Shown: piece after piece, positions 31,742 to 32,000 of the stretch
How the letters are laid out: every line of letters starts with the position of its first letter
Position numbering within the stretch: position 1 is the first letter of the stretch
Assembly (NCBI RefSeq): GCF_017876815.1
Contig: NZ_JAGIOS010000001.1
Span: 3,390,001-3,422,000, forward strand
DNA: 32,000 bases
Reading direction: 5' to 3'
DNA from: Sinorhizobium meliloti
Lineage (GTDB): Bacteria > Pseudomonadota > Alphaproteobacteria > Rhizobiales > Rhizobiaceae
The notes under the pieces: generated by a model
The model's database searches: none
Seen by the model: only the letters and a program-made list of their open reading frames with translations
What the model was told of the DNA's origin: nothing
Position numbers and translations under genes: made by a program

Positions 31742-32000
31742 ACTACGAACAGGTTGGGGGACCTGGTGCCAAATTGCTCGGCGCCACAGAAATGCGGGCG
31801 ACTTTTGTTCCGCTCCCCGGGCGCGAACTCAGACCGGGAAACGCTATAGCGCCTCCGCTACGAGAAGACGCCGAGCTTTGGTGCACATGGAATAGAAGTC
31901 ATTCAAGAGCTCCCCTTTCAGCCGGGTTCTCCTGCTCCGCCTTCGGCGTGGCACTGGTCCGCGGCACCACACAAACATCGCCGTAACAAACCTCTTCGCC

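Noticed and set aside
31742-32000. Possible tRNA or att site at the right end (a sequence ending GGCACCA near 31967)
   Set aside because: I could not fold a T-arm or acceptor stem by hand, and no direct repeat partner is visible because the left prophage end lies outside the window. It needs tRNAscan and flanking sequence.
1-32000. CRISPR array, diversity-generating retroelement, toxin-antitoxin pair or known defence operon
   Set aside because: I recognised no spaced direct-repeat array, no reverse transcriptase, no template/variable repeat pair near the fibre genes, and no ATPase, nuclease or similar defence-type genes.

Overview
This high-GC window (Rhizobiales-like composition and protein families) is almost entirely one temperate siphovirus-type prophage, read left to right.

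- **Immunity switch:** an S24/LexA-like CI repressor on the minus strand, a divergent Cro-like HTH gene, and three TTGCC-N5-GGCAA operators.
- **Early operon:** chained by ATGA/GTGA stop-start overlaps. It holds a CII-like regulator, small unknowns, a ParB-like/MT-A70 methyltransferase fusion, a winged-helix replication initiator with an internal iteron plus AT-rich ori-like segment, and a NusG-like paralog.
- **Leader and cos:** a 228-nt hairpin-rich leader ending in a terminator, then a cos-like region with CTAAAG repeats.
- **Lambda-type packaging and head module:** Nu1-like TerS, GpA-type TerL, gpW, lambda-family portal, S49 protease, scaffold, gpD-like decoration protein and gpE-like capsid.
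- **Tail module:** adaptor, terminator, tube, G/GT chaperones with a GGGAAAG -1 frameshift site, tape measure, tip proteins, a J-like protein and two fibre or receptor-binding genes.
- **Lysis cassette:** a GH19 endolysin with C-terminal transmembrane segments, a Cys-rich small protein and an overlapped spanin pair.

I recognised no integrase, att repeat, tRNA, rRNA or CRISPR, so the prophage ends cannot be placed.

I did not find a clear multigene defence system. The most unusual items are:

- a candidate NusG-paralog antitermination circuit replacing a Q-type late regulator;
- four or five small minus-strand genes (morons) wedged into otherwise all-plus operons, including a 59-aa two-TM ORF that falls below the ORF-track cutoff;
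- a tail-fibre gene interrupted by an in-frame amber codon;
- an endolysin carrying its own C-terminal TM pair, with no separate holin;
- a stand-alone RNA polymerase alpha-CTD-like protein.

Family assignments come from motif recognition by eye, not from searches.
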